37,704 nucleotides of DNA, taken from NCBI GenBank assembly GCA_902646575.1, contig CACRCM010000001.1, positions 1-37,704 of the forward strand, read 5' to 3'. The notes beneath the pieces were generated by a model. It saw only the letters and a program-made list of their open reading frames with translations. It made no database searches and was not told where the DNA came from. The number at the start of each line of letters is the position of its first letter. Position 1 is the stretch's first letter. This document shows positions 11,284 to 21,398 of this stretch, in pieces. The DNA comes from an uncultured Wolbachia sp. (GTDB lineage Bacteria; Pseudomonadota; Alphaproteobacteria; Rickettsiales; Anaplasmataceae). A program made the translations under genes and the position numbers.

Positions 11284-14200
11284 TTAATAATTTAATCTGA
11301 CACCAATTATTAAATTTTGATATTCCTTAAAATAGAAATCGGCTTCTATTTCTACACTAACCTCTAAAGACGAGGCAAGAGTTTGCTCTTTTATATACCC
11401 ACTCCACGTATCTACCGCTTTTTTAATTCTCTCATCCTTTGTTTTGACTATTACTCTAATTCTATCGGATATATGAAAACTAGCTTGTTTTCTAGTTTCC
11501 TGAATAAGCCTCACAACATCTCTCGCAAGTCCTTCTAGAATTAATTCATCATTTAGTTCAGTGTCTAGGATAACAACCCCTTTGTTGTTATCAAATACAG
11601 CAGAATATTTTCTGTTTACCTTTAGTAATAGTTCATACTCACCTTTTTCTATAACATAATTTTCTAACTTATCCCCTAAAAATATTTGTTCACCTTCAAT
11701 CTGTCTCCATTTTCCCTCTTTAACATATTGAACTAGCTTCTTAATTTTGTTTGGAATCTTCTTTCCAAGTAGTGGAAAATTTAGTTTTAACTCTAATGAT
11801 GCAATATCTTCAAGCCTGTTTACTAATTCTAAGTTTTTTACATTCACCTCATCCTTTATCATCTCCTGATAGTTATTTTCAAAAAAACTACAAAAAATTT
11901 GATGATAAATTGTCATGCTACTAAGTGGTTGCCTGATACGTATATTAAAAGTATTTCTAATAGAAAGTGCAGCATTGCATACCTCTCTTACCAAATCCAT
12001 TTTAATAATAAATTTACTATCATACTTCTCTAACTGTGGAAAATCGGCTAAATGAACAGATGTTTCTTTATACTTAAGCCCCTGCCATATAGTCTCTGTT
12101 ATAAACGGCAATAAAGGAGCAGCGGCTTTTAATATATAATAAAAAACCGTGTATAAGACATTATAAGCATCAATTTTATTCTGATCTAGACCACTTTTCC
12201 AAAAACGCCTACGATTGCGACGAATATACCAGTTATTTAGCACTTCAAAGAAATCTATCAGAACTTTGCAAGCTCCTTGAGAATTATAGTTGTTCATAGA
12301 AGTTTGAATGCTTTCTATAGCTTCAAAACACTTAGAGATCATGTAACAATCAATAGTACTTTGATAATCTTTACAAACTTCAGCTTTAATTTCGTCTGCA
12401 TTTGCATACATAGTAAAGAAGTGATAACTATTCCAAATAGGTTTTATCACGTTTCTTAAGACATCTCGTATCAAGTTTCCTTCTTTATCAAGCAATAAAT
12501 CACCACCGCAAACAATAGAATTAGACAGCATAAGAAAGCGCAGCGCATCAGAACCATATCTATCAAAAACCTCCATTGGGTCTACATAATTATTCAAACG
12601 CTTAGATAATTTCTGTCCTTTTATATCCAGAACTACACCGTGACATATGCAATTCTTAAATGGTTCACTGTCAAACAAAGCAGTGGATAAAACAAAAAGT
12701 GTATAGAACCACCCTCTTGTTTGCGCTATATATTCGGTTATAAAATCTGCAGGGAAATTATCTCTAAACCATTTCTTATTTTCAAACGGATAGTGGACTT
12801 GTGCAAACGGCATTGAGCCAGACTCAAACCAGCAGTCAAACACGTCGGATATACGGCGCATAACTGATCTTTTCGTTGGATCATCAGGATTTGTTCTTGT
12901 TAAAGAATCGATAAATGGTCTGTGCAAATCATCTATTTTAACATTAAAATCTCGCTCTAGTTCTGCTATTGAACCATACACATCCACTCTTGGATACCTT
13001 GCATCATCCGATTTCCATACAGGAATTGGTGTACCCCAAAACCGATTACGTGAAATTGACCAATCATGTACTCCTTCAAGCCATTTTCCAAATTGACCAT
13101 CTCTTATATGATTTGGTATCCAATTAACTCTTTTGTTTAGCTCCATCATCCTCCCCTTAAACTTTGTCACAGCAACATACCAAGAGGGCATAGCACGATA
13201 GATTAAAGGAGTATCAGTTCTCCAGCAGTGTGGATAATTGTGAATATATTGCTCAGTTTTGAACCAGTTTCCTTGTTCTTTCAATTTCTTTATTACCATA
13301 TCGCTAGCATCAAAAACATGAATTCCAGCTAAATCTGGAACTTCAACAGTAAATTTACCACTATCATCAATTGGACAAACGGCTGGAATATTATGACCTT
13401 GGCAAAGGTAAAAGTCTTCTTCACCAAATCCAGGAGCAGTGTGCACAACACCAGTACCATCTCCTCCTATAACATAATCAGCAATAAAAATGCGAAACGC
13501 ATTTTTTGTACCCTTAAAGTAATCAAACAGCGGTTTATAAGAAAGACCTATAAGATCATTTGCTTTAAGCCTTATATTACAGTTTTTATATATAATATTG
13601 TTTTTTTCACAGTAATCGATAAATCTTTCTAAGTAGCTTTTAGCAAAGATATATATCTCATCACTCAGTGAATTTCCTTTATTACCCTCTATTGTCATCC
13701 TAGTATCTTCCATAGTCTTAGCACCTCGACACTGAAATTCAGAAGTAGATTCCAGTGTCATATCCTGGAATGACACTAAGGAACGAACTAATACTGCACA
13801 ATATTCAATATCTTTCCCTATTGCTAAAGCTAAGTTACTTGGTAACGTCCAAGGAGTTGTAGTCCAAGCAAGCAACTTACATTTTTGCTTCAATTGCTGT
13901 GGATTCTCCAAAAGCTCAAATGCAACAGTGACAGCCTTGCTAGTCCTTTCTTTGTAAGAGTTATCAAGCCTTGTTTCAAAATTGGATAATGGAGTTTCAC
14001 ATGCCCAGCTATATGGAACAACGCGTACTGATTCATACACTAGACCTCTATTATAAAGCTGTTTAAACGCCCACATAACCGACTCCATGAACGATTTATC
14101 CATGGTTTTATAGCCATTATAAAAATCTACCCACCTTGCTTGCCTGTTTACATACTTCTTCCATTCTAAGGAAAATTTCATCACAGAAGCACGACAATGG

Positions 14201-14559
14201 TTATTGAATTTTTCAATGCCGAATTTTTCCACTTCAGTTCTGCCGGATATTCCAAGTTCCTTTTCTGCACCCATCTCAGCTGGTAGCCCATGGCAATCCC
14301 AACCAAATCTACGTTCAACTCTCTTTTGCAGCATAGTTTGATATTTTGCAAATGCATCCTTTATAAAACCAGTAAGCAAATGCCCATAATGGGGAAGTCC
14401 ATTTGCAAATGGAGGTCCATCATAAAAGACAAAACAATTATCTTTGGAACGTTCTTCAACCGATCTCTCAAAAATTTTGTTCTCCTGCCAAAATTTTATG
14501 ATTGCGTTTTCTAATAAAGAAAAATTAGGGCTACTAGTTGTACCAGGATAATGCTTCAT
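11284..14559 (-). CDS. ileS: Isoleucine--tRNA ligase, type 2 (eukaryote-like), with WPE insertion in CP1 domain
   Basis: DGPPFANGLPHYGH (HIGH), GWDCHGLP, WTTTPWTLPSN, DWSISRNRFWGTPIP, KLSKR (KMSKS). C-terminus is IleRS2-type (EGLARDVVRLIQETRK) and lacks the type 1 Zn finger. Confidence 0.97.
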   Translation of the reverse strand: MKHYPGTTSSPNFSLLENAIIKFWQENKIFERSVEERSKDNCFVFYDGPPFANGLPHYGHLLTGFIKDAFAKYQTMLQKRVERRFGWDCHGLPAEMGAEKELGISGRTEVEKFGIEKFNNHCRASVMKFSLEWKKYVNRQARWVDFYNGYKTMDKSFMESVMWAFKQLYNRGLVYESVRVVPYSWACETPLSNFETRLDNSYKERTSKAVTVAFELLENPQQLKQKCKLLAWTTTPWTLPSNLALAIGKDIEYCAVLVRSLVSFQDMTLESTSEFQCRGAKTMEDTRMTIEGNKGNSLSDEIYIFAKSYLERFIDYCEKNNIIYKNCNIRLKANDLIGLSYKPLFDYFKGTKNAFRIFIADYVIGGDGTGVVHTAPGFGEEDFYLCQGHNIPAVCPIDDSGKFTVEVPDLAGIHVFDASDMVIKKLKEQGNWFKTEQYIHNYPHCWRTDTPLIYRAMPSWYVAVTKFKGRMMELNKRVNWIPNHIRDGQFGKWLEGVHDWSISRNRFWGTPIPVWKSDDARYPRVDVYGSIAELERDFNVKIDDLHRPFIDSLTRTNPDDPTKRSVMRRISDVFDCWFESGSMPFAQVHYPFENKKWFRDNFPADFITEYIAQTRGWFYTLFVLSTALFDSEPFKNCICHGVVLDIKGQKLSKRLNNYVDPMEVFDRYGSDALRFLMLSNSIVCGGDLLLDKEGNLIRDVLRNVIKPIWNSYHFFTMYANADEIKAEVCKDYQSTIDCYMISKCFEAIESIQTSMNNYNSQGACKVLIDFFEVLNNWYIRRNRRRFWKSGLDQNKIDAYNVLYTVFYYILKAAAPLLPFITETIWQGLKYKETSVHLADFPQLEKYDSKFIIKMDLVREVCNAALSIRNTFNIRIRQPLSSMTIYHQIFCSFFENNYQEMIKDEVNVKNLELVNRLEDIASLELKLNFPLLGKKIPNKIKKLVQYVKEGKWRQIEGEQIFLGDKLENYVIEKGEYELLLKVNRKYSAVFDNNKGVVILDTELNDELILEGLARDVVRLIQETRKQASFHISDRIRVIVKTKDERIKKAVDTWSGYIKEQTLASSLEVSVEIEADFYFKEYQNLIIGVRLNY
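13663..13785 (-). repeat. WPE in-frame insertion in ileS
   Basis: Terminal IRs TGTCATCCTAG (13693-13703) and CTGGAATGACA (13765-13775), 9/11 match. Inner TTCCAG/CTGGAA palindrome at 13750-13770. Encodes about 41 aa (RSLVSFQDMTLESTSEFQCRGAKTMEDTRMTIEGNKGNSLS). Confidence 0.88.
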
Positions 14560-14709
14560 GCTCGTTTTTACTGAATAAAGCTTAAAGAGTATAGAGCTTT
14601 GTAAAAAATTACAAATCCAAAAAAAATGTAAATCATATCTCTATGAGAGTTAATTTACTGATAAATATTAATATACCAAATATATTTATTTAAATTTAAG
14701 GAGGTAACT

Positions 14710-14955
14710 ATGCCTAAAAGTAATAACAAAAAATAATCTTATCAAGGATTTCATAACGCTAATAAAAGCATTGATACGAAAAATCCAACTTAGAATTTAC
14801 ATTTTTATGAGAACAATAATTCCAGAGAAATCCAGGCAACATATCATAAACGCAAAAGAAAAAAATTAATAACACCTAAAAGTACCCTATACGAAGCTTC
14901 ATATATTGGCATAACAAAGAATTACAATTACTCTATAGTATTCAAAAATAATTGA
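14710..14955 (+). pseudogene. Small gene with two in-frame nonsense codons
   Basis: GGAGGT RBS then ATG: MPKSNNKK*SYQGFHNANKSIDTKNPT*NLHFYENNNSREIQATYHKRKRKKLITPKSTLYEASYIGITKNYNYSIVFKNN*. Confidence 0.55.
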
Positions 14956-14968
14956 CTAGAGGTAAACG

Positions 14969-15004
14969 AAAAAAAGTACCTCTCTTATTTTAGAGTAGTA
15001 CTTT
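14969..15004 (-). terminator. Putative intrinsic terminator downstream of miaB
   Basis: AAAGTAC-CTCT...AGAG-TA-GTACTTT hairpin. The A-run at 14969-14975 gives a U tail on the minus strand about 45 nt past the miaB stop. Confidence 0.45.
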
Positions 15005-15047
15005 CCCTCAAGCAAAAGAATAATTTTCCAACAAATGGCTAATAAAG

Positions 15048-16376
15048 CTAATCATTAAAACCTACTCCTAATAAACTATTCTGCCAAGCTTCCAGTACTT
15101 TCACATTTACTATTTTATTTCTATATTTACCTTCAGGATCACTAACACACACTGATTGCATATATGGGCTTTTACCAATAATTTGATTTTGGTGTTTACC
15201 TTTTTTATCACTAAATAAAACAGGTATAGCTTTACCTACCATGCTTTGATTAAACTCAAGCTGTTGCTTATTAATTAACTTCCGTAAACAAAGAAGACGT
15301 TCTGTTTTAACTTCTTCTAGCACTTGATCTTCCTTTTCTGCTCCTGGTGTACCTGGTCTTGGACTATATTTAAAACTATAAGCTTGAGCATACCCTACTT
15401 TTTCCACTAACTTCATAGTTTCCTCAAAATCTCTTTCAGTCTCTCCAGGAAAACCAACAATAAAATCAGAAGAAAATTCAATTTCAGGTTTCAATTCGCG
15501 AAACCTATTTATTATTTCTAAATACTCCTCTACAGTATACTTCCTATTCATTGCACGCAATATTTTATTTGAACCTGACTGCACAGGTAGGTGAATAAAT
15601 GGCATGAGTTTTGGTTCTTCTGCATGCGCCAAGTAAAGGGATTCATGCACATCTCTTGGGTGAGAAGTCGTATAGCGGATTCTTTCTAGCTTTTCAATCT
15701 TGGCGATACAACTAATCAATTTCCCTAAATCCCACACATCCCCTTCGAATTCTCCACGATAAGCATTAACATTTTGACCGAGCAAATTGATTTCCTTCGC
15801 TCCATTTGTAACTAATTTCAGCGCTTCACGAAATATTTCATTCGCTGGTCGTGAATATTCAACCCCACGAGTATAAGGTACCACACAGAACGTACAAAAC
15901 TTATCACAACCCTCTTGTATAGAAAGAAATGCGGAAGATCCTTGGCTATTACCATAGCATTCACCTGGCAATTTATCAAATTTTGCAATTTCAGGAAAAT
16001 CAGTGTTTACTACATGTTTTTTACCCTTATTTGCCTTAACTATCAGCTCTGGCAGAGTAGCAATACTCTGTGGACCAACAACAGCATATACGAACGGAGC
16101 TCTCCTGAACACTTCTTTTCCTTCTGCTTGTGCTACACACCCAGCTACTACTATAATAACTTCCTTATTCTTTCGCAATGAATAAATCTTTCCAAGCTCT
16201 GAATAAAGCTTCTCTACTGCTCTTTCTCTAATGTAACAAGTATTTAGTATTACCAAATCAGCTTTTCCTACGTCGCTAACAACGTTGAATCCCAAAGGCT
16301 TAACCATATTTTCCATTAAAACGGAGTCATAAACATTCATCTGACAACCGTAAGTTCTGATATACAAACCTTTCAT
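15048..16376 (-). CDS. miaB: tRNA-2-methylthio-N6-dimethylallyladenosine synthase
   Basis: TYGCQMNVYDS, radical SAM CDKFCTFC, SDFIVGFPGET, C-terminal TRAM domain. Start probably ATG 16376 (MKGLYI). Confidence 0.96.
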   Translation of the reverse strand: MKGLYIRTYGCQMNVYDSVLMENMVKPLGFNVVSDVGKADLVILNTCYIRERAVEKLYSELGKIYSLRKNKEVIIVVAGCVAQAEGKEVFRRAPFVYAVVGPQSIATLPELIVKANKGKKHVVNTDFPEIAKFDKLPGECYGNSQGSSAFLSIQEGCDKFCTFCVVPYTRGVEYSRPANEIFREALKLVTNGAKEINLLGQNVNAYRGEFEGDVWDLGKLISCIAKIEKLERIRYTTSHPRDVHESLYLAHAEEPKLMPFIHLPVQSGSNKILRAMNRKYTVEEYLEIINRFRELKPEIEFSSDFIVGFPGETERDFEETMKLVEKVGYAQAYSFKYSPRPGTPGAEKEDQVLEEVKTERLLCLRKLINKQQLEFNQSMVGKAIPVLFSDKKGKHQNQIIGKSPYMQSVCVSDPEGKYRNKIVNVKVLEAWQNSLLGVGFND

Positions 16377-16588
16377 TTCACACTTCTTGCAAGTTGGTAC
16401 ATACTCTGATATATGAAGTGCAACCACGTAAGCACCGCCATTCAAATAGCATTACAAAAGATCGCCACTAAGCAACTAATGCTAGAGATTTAACAACCGG
16501 TTACACAATGAAAACTCAACTTCAATATCGATACTCACACAACATCATTTCTACTACAACTTTCATATAGGTAAAATTATACTAAAAA

Positions 16589-16705
16589 CTAGTTCCCTTG
16601 TCAAGCATTTAGATAACAGGATTTATAGTTACTATTCAAGTAGCTCAACACTAAAATCCAGAAAAAAGAAATATAAATCCTAGCGTCACGTGCTGAAATA
16701 ACACC
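16589..16705. repeat. Decayed intergenic WPE cluster
   Basis: CTAGTTCCCTTGTCAAGCATTTAGATAACA; ACTATTCAAGTAGCTCAACACTAAAATCCAG; ATCCTAGCGTCACGTGCTGAAATAACACC. These are GC-to-AT eroded versions of the arms found in alaS, ileS and priA. Confidence 0.7.
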
Positions 16706-16739
16706 ATTTATTGTAAAAACAAATGGTCGCATATGAATT

Positions 16740-17065
16740 ACCTTAATATCTAAGAAATCTACTAAGTAAAAAAAGACAAAAGAAACTTTAGCACTATCTA
16801 TTTTTAGTACAGGCGTTTTTGAAAAGTCTTAAACACTTTATAAGTGTATTCCCAGCCTGCATAGATAAAAACTTAGAAATTTAGGTAAAATTTATAAAGA
16901 TATAAAGCACATATATAGTACAAAAAATTAAACGTAAGACACGAGCTACATAATATTTCCATCATTTACCTTGTACAAGTTAAAGATAATTGAAATACCT
17001 TCACTATCACAATAAGAAGACTGGCAAAGTCTGTTAAGTAGTTTTGCTTCGTATCTCCATCAGCT
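16740..17065. repeat. Probable Wolbachia dispersed intergenic repeat (~300 bp), degraded
   Basis: Resembles, from memory only, a recurrent Wolbachia intergenic element (...AAGTCTTAAACACTT...ATACCTTCACTATCACAATAAGAAGACTGGCAAAGTCTGTTAAGTAGTTTTGCTTCGTATCT). Single copy in this window. Confidence 0.45.
17009..17037 (-). promoter_or_regulatory. Sigma70-like promoter inside the repeat, facing miaB
   Basis: Minus strand TTAACA-N17-TATTGT. Confidence 0.3.
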
Positions 17066-17166
17066 ACTTAAACTCTTTTAGTAAACAAAGCATTTACACA
17101 AACTTAAATTGCTTTTCTTGTTTTAGTTGCATATTTATATAAAATTGAAAAAAGCTAAAGACATAA

Positions 17167-18501
17167 ATGCTAACAAGATTCGCCCCAAGCCCAACTGGCT
17201 ATCTTCATGTAGGGAATATTCGCACTGCACTTATCTGCTGGATGTATACACGCAGTCAAAACGGAAAATTTCTGCTTCGTTTTGACGATACTGACTTCCA
17301 GCGTTCAGATATCAAGTATATAAATAGCATCATACAAGACTTGCAATGGGTTAATATAGATTGGGATTTAAACTTTAAGCAATCAGAGCGCTTTGAGCGC
17401 TACAACGAGGTGTTTTTACAGTTAGTAAAAGAAGGGTATATTTATGCATGCTATGAAACAAAAAAGGAGTTAGATATTAAGCGCAAACTGCAATTAAAGT
17501 GTGGACTTCCTCCCATTTACGATAGAGGTGCACTATTTCTAACTGAGCAGGAGAGAGCTAATTATGAGCAAGAAGGACGAAAACCATATTTTAGATTTAA
17601 GTTGGATAGAAATAAAATCGTTAAATGGGACGATGAAATTAAAGGTAAAATAAATATTGCAACCAGTCACATCAGTGATCCTATAGTAAGAAGAGAAGAC
17701 GGAATTTATACATATATGCTACCTTCTGTCGTCGATGATATTGATTTTAATATAACCCACATCATACGTGGGGAAGATCATATACCTAACACTGTAGCGC
17801 AAATACAAATAATACTAGCATTAAAAACAAAAACTCCGACGTTTGCTCACCTTTCTCTACTACATTTTAATGATAGCAAGATATCAAAGCGAAAAGGTGG
17901 ATTGGACATCAGATTTATCAAAAAAAGTGAAATTGAACCAATTACGCTCGTTAGCTACTTAGCAAAGCTTGGAACATCAGATCCTATTAAGGCTCATGCT
18001 GATATGCAATCTTTGATTGACTCATTTGATATTAAAAAATTTAGCTCAGCATCTACCCAATTTAGTCTGGGTGAAGTATATAAGCTAAATAGCAAAGTTC
18101 TGCAGAAGATGTCATTTAAAGCAGTGAAAGAGCGTCTAAATCAAATCAGAGTAAACTCTTCGGAGTTTTGGTATTTTATAAGAAACAATATAGAAAAGTT
18201 TTCGGAGGTAGCAAAGTGGTGGCAAATATGCAAATCCGATATAGAACCTGTGATTTTTGATAAGGAAATTATAAAAATTGCGCTCAATGTATTGCCGCAA
18301 GGCGACTGTAATGAAAACACATTATCAGAATGGGTTAAAGCTATTCAAAAGGTAGTGGATACAAAAACAAAAGACTTATTTATGCAGCTTCGTTTAGCTT
18401 TAACAGGCACAAAAACAGGTCCTGAACTTGCTAAGTTGTTAGTTTTTATTGGCAGAGAAAGCATCGTTGCAAGATTAAAAAAAGCAAAGGATAAGCAGTA
18501 G
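17167..18501 (+). CDS. gltX: Glutamate--tRNA ligase (one of the two Rickettsiales paralogues)
   Basis: [43 protein letters not shown]. Confidence 0.96.
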   Translation: MLTRFAPSPTGYLHVGNIRTALICWMYTRSQNGKFLLRFDDTDFQRSDIKYINSIIQDLQWVNIDWDLNFKQSERFERYNEVFLQLVKEGYIYACYETKKELDIKRKLQLKCGLPPIYDRGALFLTEQERANYEQEGRKPYFRFKLDRNKIVKWDDEIKGKINIATSHISDPIVRREDGIYTYMLPSVVDDIDFNITHIIRGEDHIPNTVAQIQIILALKTKTPTFAHLSLLHFNDSKISKRKGGLDIRFIKKSEIEPITLVSYLAKLGTSDPIKAHADMQSLIDSFDIKKFSSASTQFSLGEVYKLNSKVLQKMSFKAVKERLNQIRVNSSEFWYFIRNNIEKFSEVAKWWQICKSDIEPVIFDKEIIKIALNVLPQGDCNENTLSEWVKAIQKVVDTKTKDLFMQLRLALTGTKTGPELAKLLVFIGRESIVARLKKAKDKQ

Positions 18502-19480
18502 CAAAAACCATGGAAAGAAAGTATACAGAATCCTTAAAATGATATTAAGGATCATATTATAAAAACCATTATAAGGTAGCACCTATTGTAAGTAACAAGC
18601 TTATTTTGCTTCATCACTATGTTGATATAGAGACCTTTAAACCCCAAAGGGAATATGATTAGAGAACAAAAGTTACTGATACCAATTAAGTAAAATTTTG
18701 AAAAGCGTATTTCCAAAAATGAAAGGTTTTAGCGTAAGAAATCTAAAATATATGCGTAAATTTACTGAACAATACTTTAATGTTGAATCTATGCAATAGT
18801 TGTTACAAAATTGCCTTAGTTTTATATAGTATAGTGGTTACTGATAAGACAGAAAACCTTTTCCATCTTCAAAAAAGCTATAGAACACGGCTGGACATAT
18901 AATAATATTACGGTAATATAGATAGAATGTGAATTACATAAAGTTAAGAACAAGCAATTACTAATTTTAAAAGCAAGTCATTATCTTCTTAATCAGATCT
19001 AGCATATCATATATTAAAGAATTCATATATTTTTACTTTTTAAAATATAGAAGATGATGCTTATGAAAAATATAGATAATAGGAAAATAGCTTGCAAAAC
19101 ATATAGAAAAGTTCTTGCCCAAACTGGGAGAAGAAGGATTCGCGTTTATTAGCAGGTAATTTCATTTGAATATTAAAGTTATGTTGCTTTATGGCAATTA
19201 AATTAAAAATAAAGACTTTAAAACCAAAGTATGCTGGTAAAATGAATTTTTACCTTTCTATAGCTGATAACTTATTAAAACACCCAACAAATCAACTTTC
19301 CAAAGGATTAATTTTGTTCAAATCTAAAAAGATAACGTACTTACTGAATATGAACTTCGAGACGTGATCGATCAAATCAATAGGTCTTTGTGAAATATCG
19401 AACAATAGAAAACCTATCATAGAACATAAAACAGCCATACTAGCAACAAAAGAATTTAAAATTAAGTTAATCAAATATAG
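18498..19480 (+). pseudogene. yhcG: Degraded YhcG/DUF1016 PD-(D/E)XK nuclease-domain protein
   Basis: Fragments LKSVFPKMKGFSVRNLKYMRKFTEQY; SDLAYHILKNSYIF; HIEKFLPKLGE; FKPKYAGKMNFYLSIADNLLKHPTNQLSKGLILFKSK; EYELRDVIDQ. Multiple stops and frameshifts. Confidence 0.88.
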
Positions 19481-19609
19481 TAAAAAGAGTCAGTGTTTTT
19501 ACATAGTATTTAATACTCGCAATAAAATTATCAAGCTCAAAAAAGTTATAAATTAACATAAAAATGAAGGTTTTATATAGCTATATGAGTAAGCTTTCCG
19601 TAAAAAAAA

Positions 19610-20953
19610 TCATTCGTGTGAATATACGGTTTTGCCGGATACAATAGTGCGCACTGTGCATCCTTTTACCTTGCGTTTATCAAAAGGAGAATTTTTTGAT
19701 TTACTAGCAAAATTATCAATCTTAATTTCCCATTCGTGATTCAGGTCAACCAGAATTAAGTCTGCAACAAGGTTCTTTTGTACACGACCGCGTGGTACAT
19801 GTATTATATCCGCAGGCTTATATGTAAGCTTTGCTAATACATCAAACAAACTCATTTGCCCACTGTGATAAAGTTCAAGTGAAAGGGGAAGAATTGTTTC
19901 GAGGCCCACAATGCCAAATGCAGCGTTTTCCAGCGGTAGATCTTTAGAATCACGATCATGAGGTGCGTGATCAGTTGCAATACAATCAATTACACCTGTT
20001 TTTAAACCTTCAACCATAGCTAAACGATCTCCTTCAGCACGAAGTGGGGGATTCACTTTTGCGATCGCTCCATGTTGTTTTACTATATCCTCAGTTAAAG
20101 TGAAGTGATGAGGAGTCACCTCACACGTGACATTTAACCCTAAATCTTTTGCACATTTAATCACATCAAGCGAGTCCTTTGAGGAGATATGCAAAACATG
20201 ATAGTGCACGTTTTCTATATCTTTCATGAGTAGTATATCACGACTTACCATGATCGATTCTGACGCGCTTAAGATTCCCTTTACTCCCAATTCTTCAGAA
20301 ATCTTACCTGCATTGATCGCTCCACCTGCCGATAAATTTAAATCTTCTGCATGTTGAGCAATAGGAACGTTCAGCATACTTGAATAAAGCAGTGCTTGTC
20401 TCATAACCATTGGATTCATAACTGGCATACCATCGTCAGTAAATCCAACTGCACCTGCTTCTTTTAAAAGTGCCATTTCAGTTAACCTTTCTTCCGAAGT
20501 GGTAATTTTAGCGTAGAATTCAACGTTTACATGTGAAGTTTCAAGCGCTCTATATTTCAAATACTTAGCCAAAACAACACTATCTATTGCTGGAACAGTA
20601 TTAGGCTGACAAACTACAGTTGTCACACCTCCTGCAGCTGCAGATTTGCTGCCTGTATATATAGTTTCTTTACGCTCTTGGCCCGGTTCACGAAAATGTA
20701 CATGAACATCAATAAGACCTGGCATCAGAACAAGTCCTTTGCAGTCTATTATCTCGTCAATTCCACTTGGAATTCCATCTAAAAGCAATGATTCACCAAA
20801 ATCAACTATCTTATTCCCTTCAGTTAGCAGTGAGCCTTTTATATCAAGCTTAGTTTCTGGGTCAATAATACGAGCATTTATATATGCTACTTTATAATTT
20901 TCCTTCTGCCCTATTTGCAATAAACTCCAAGTTTCAGTCATAGGTTTGCACAT
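19610..20953 (-). CDS. pyrC: Dihydroorotase (multifunctional-complex type)
   Basis: MPGLIDVHVHFREPG, AAAGGVTT, CEVTPHH, KVNPPLR, IATDHAPH. Confidence 0.96.
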   Translation of the reverse strand: MCKPMTETWSLLQIGQKENYKVAYINARIIDPETKLDIKGSLLTEGNKIVDFGESLLLDGIPSGIDEIIDCKGLVLMPGLIDVHVHFREPGQERKETIYTGSKSAAAGGVTTVVCQPNTVPAIDSVVLAKYLKYRALETSHVNVEFYAKITTSEERLTEMALLKEAGAVGFTDDGMPVMNPMVMRQALLYSSMLNVPIAQHAEDLNLSAGGAINAGKISEELGVKGILSASESIMVSRDILLMKDIENVHYHVLHISSKDSLDVIKCAKDLGLNVTCEVTPHHFTLTEDIVKQHGAIAKVNPPLRAEGDRLAMVEGLKTGVIDCIATDHAPHDRDSKDLPLENAAFGIVGLETILPLSLELYHSGQMSLFDVLAKLTYKPADIIHVPRGRVQKNLVADLILVDLNHEWEIKIDNFASKSKNSPFDKRKVKGCTVRTIVSGKTVYSHE

Positions 20954-21149
20954 ATTAATTATTCATTAAATTTAAAGTTTTTTTAATAAAACACAATCAA
21001 ATTAAAATAAAGTTATATGGATAAAGTCTTATCTTTACCTTTTTGAAAATAACATACACCATAAAGCTATCATTCTCATACACACAAAAATAAAGTTTAA
21101 TTATCACCTTTTGATTTTTTTGAAAACAACTTAAGCTAAAGTAATTTTG

Positions 21150-21224
21150 AAACCCACCTTAGCTAGGTTCATCCTTTTTTAAGATTAAAAGGTTAAAATA
21201 GCAGTGAACATTAAAGTGGGGTTT
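21150..21224. repeat. Nested imperfect inverted repeat between divergent pyrC and ankyrin gene
   Basis: AAACCCACCTTA/TAAAGTGGGGTTT outer arms, GTTCA/TGAAC middle arms, CCTTTT/AAAAGG inner arms. Confidence 0.5.
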
Positions 21225-21398
21225 ATAGTTACGATGACAAATCTTCTAATAAAAACTAATTTTCTACCTTTCTACCTTATTTTGATAATACATACAACAT
21301 TTAGTTAATTTAAAAGTTTAATTTAACTTTTTGTTATTATTTTCAACAAAATAAGCTTCCGTACTGCTAATCAAATAGCTTTGATATTGAGGATTTAT

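Noticed and set aside
11247-14667. TTAA-N7-ATAA motifs upstream of the 911-aa gene and the small pseudogene as CtrA boxes
   Set aside because: One mismatch to TTAA-N7-TTAA and expected by chance in such AT-rich DNA.
16377-16560. TTG-start extension of miaB (16445) or a small upstream gene
   Set aside because: MiaB homology starts at MKGLYI; upstream frames contain stops and no recognisable family.
16589-16705. Palindromic arms as a CRISPR array
   Set aside because: Not identical direct repeats with regular spacers, and no cas genes.
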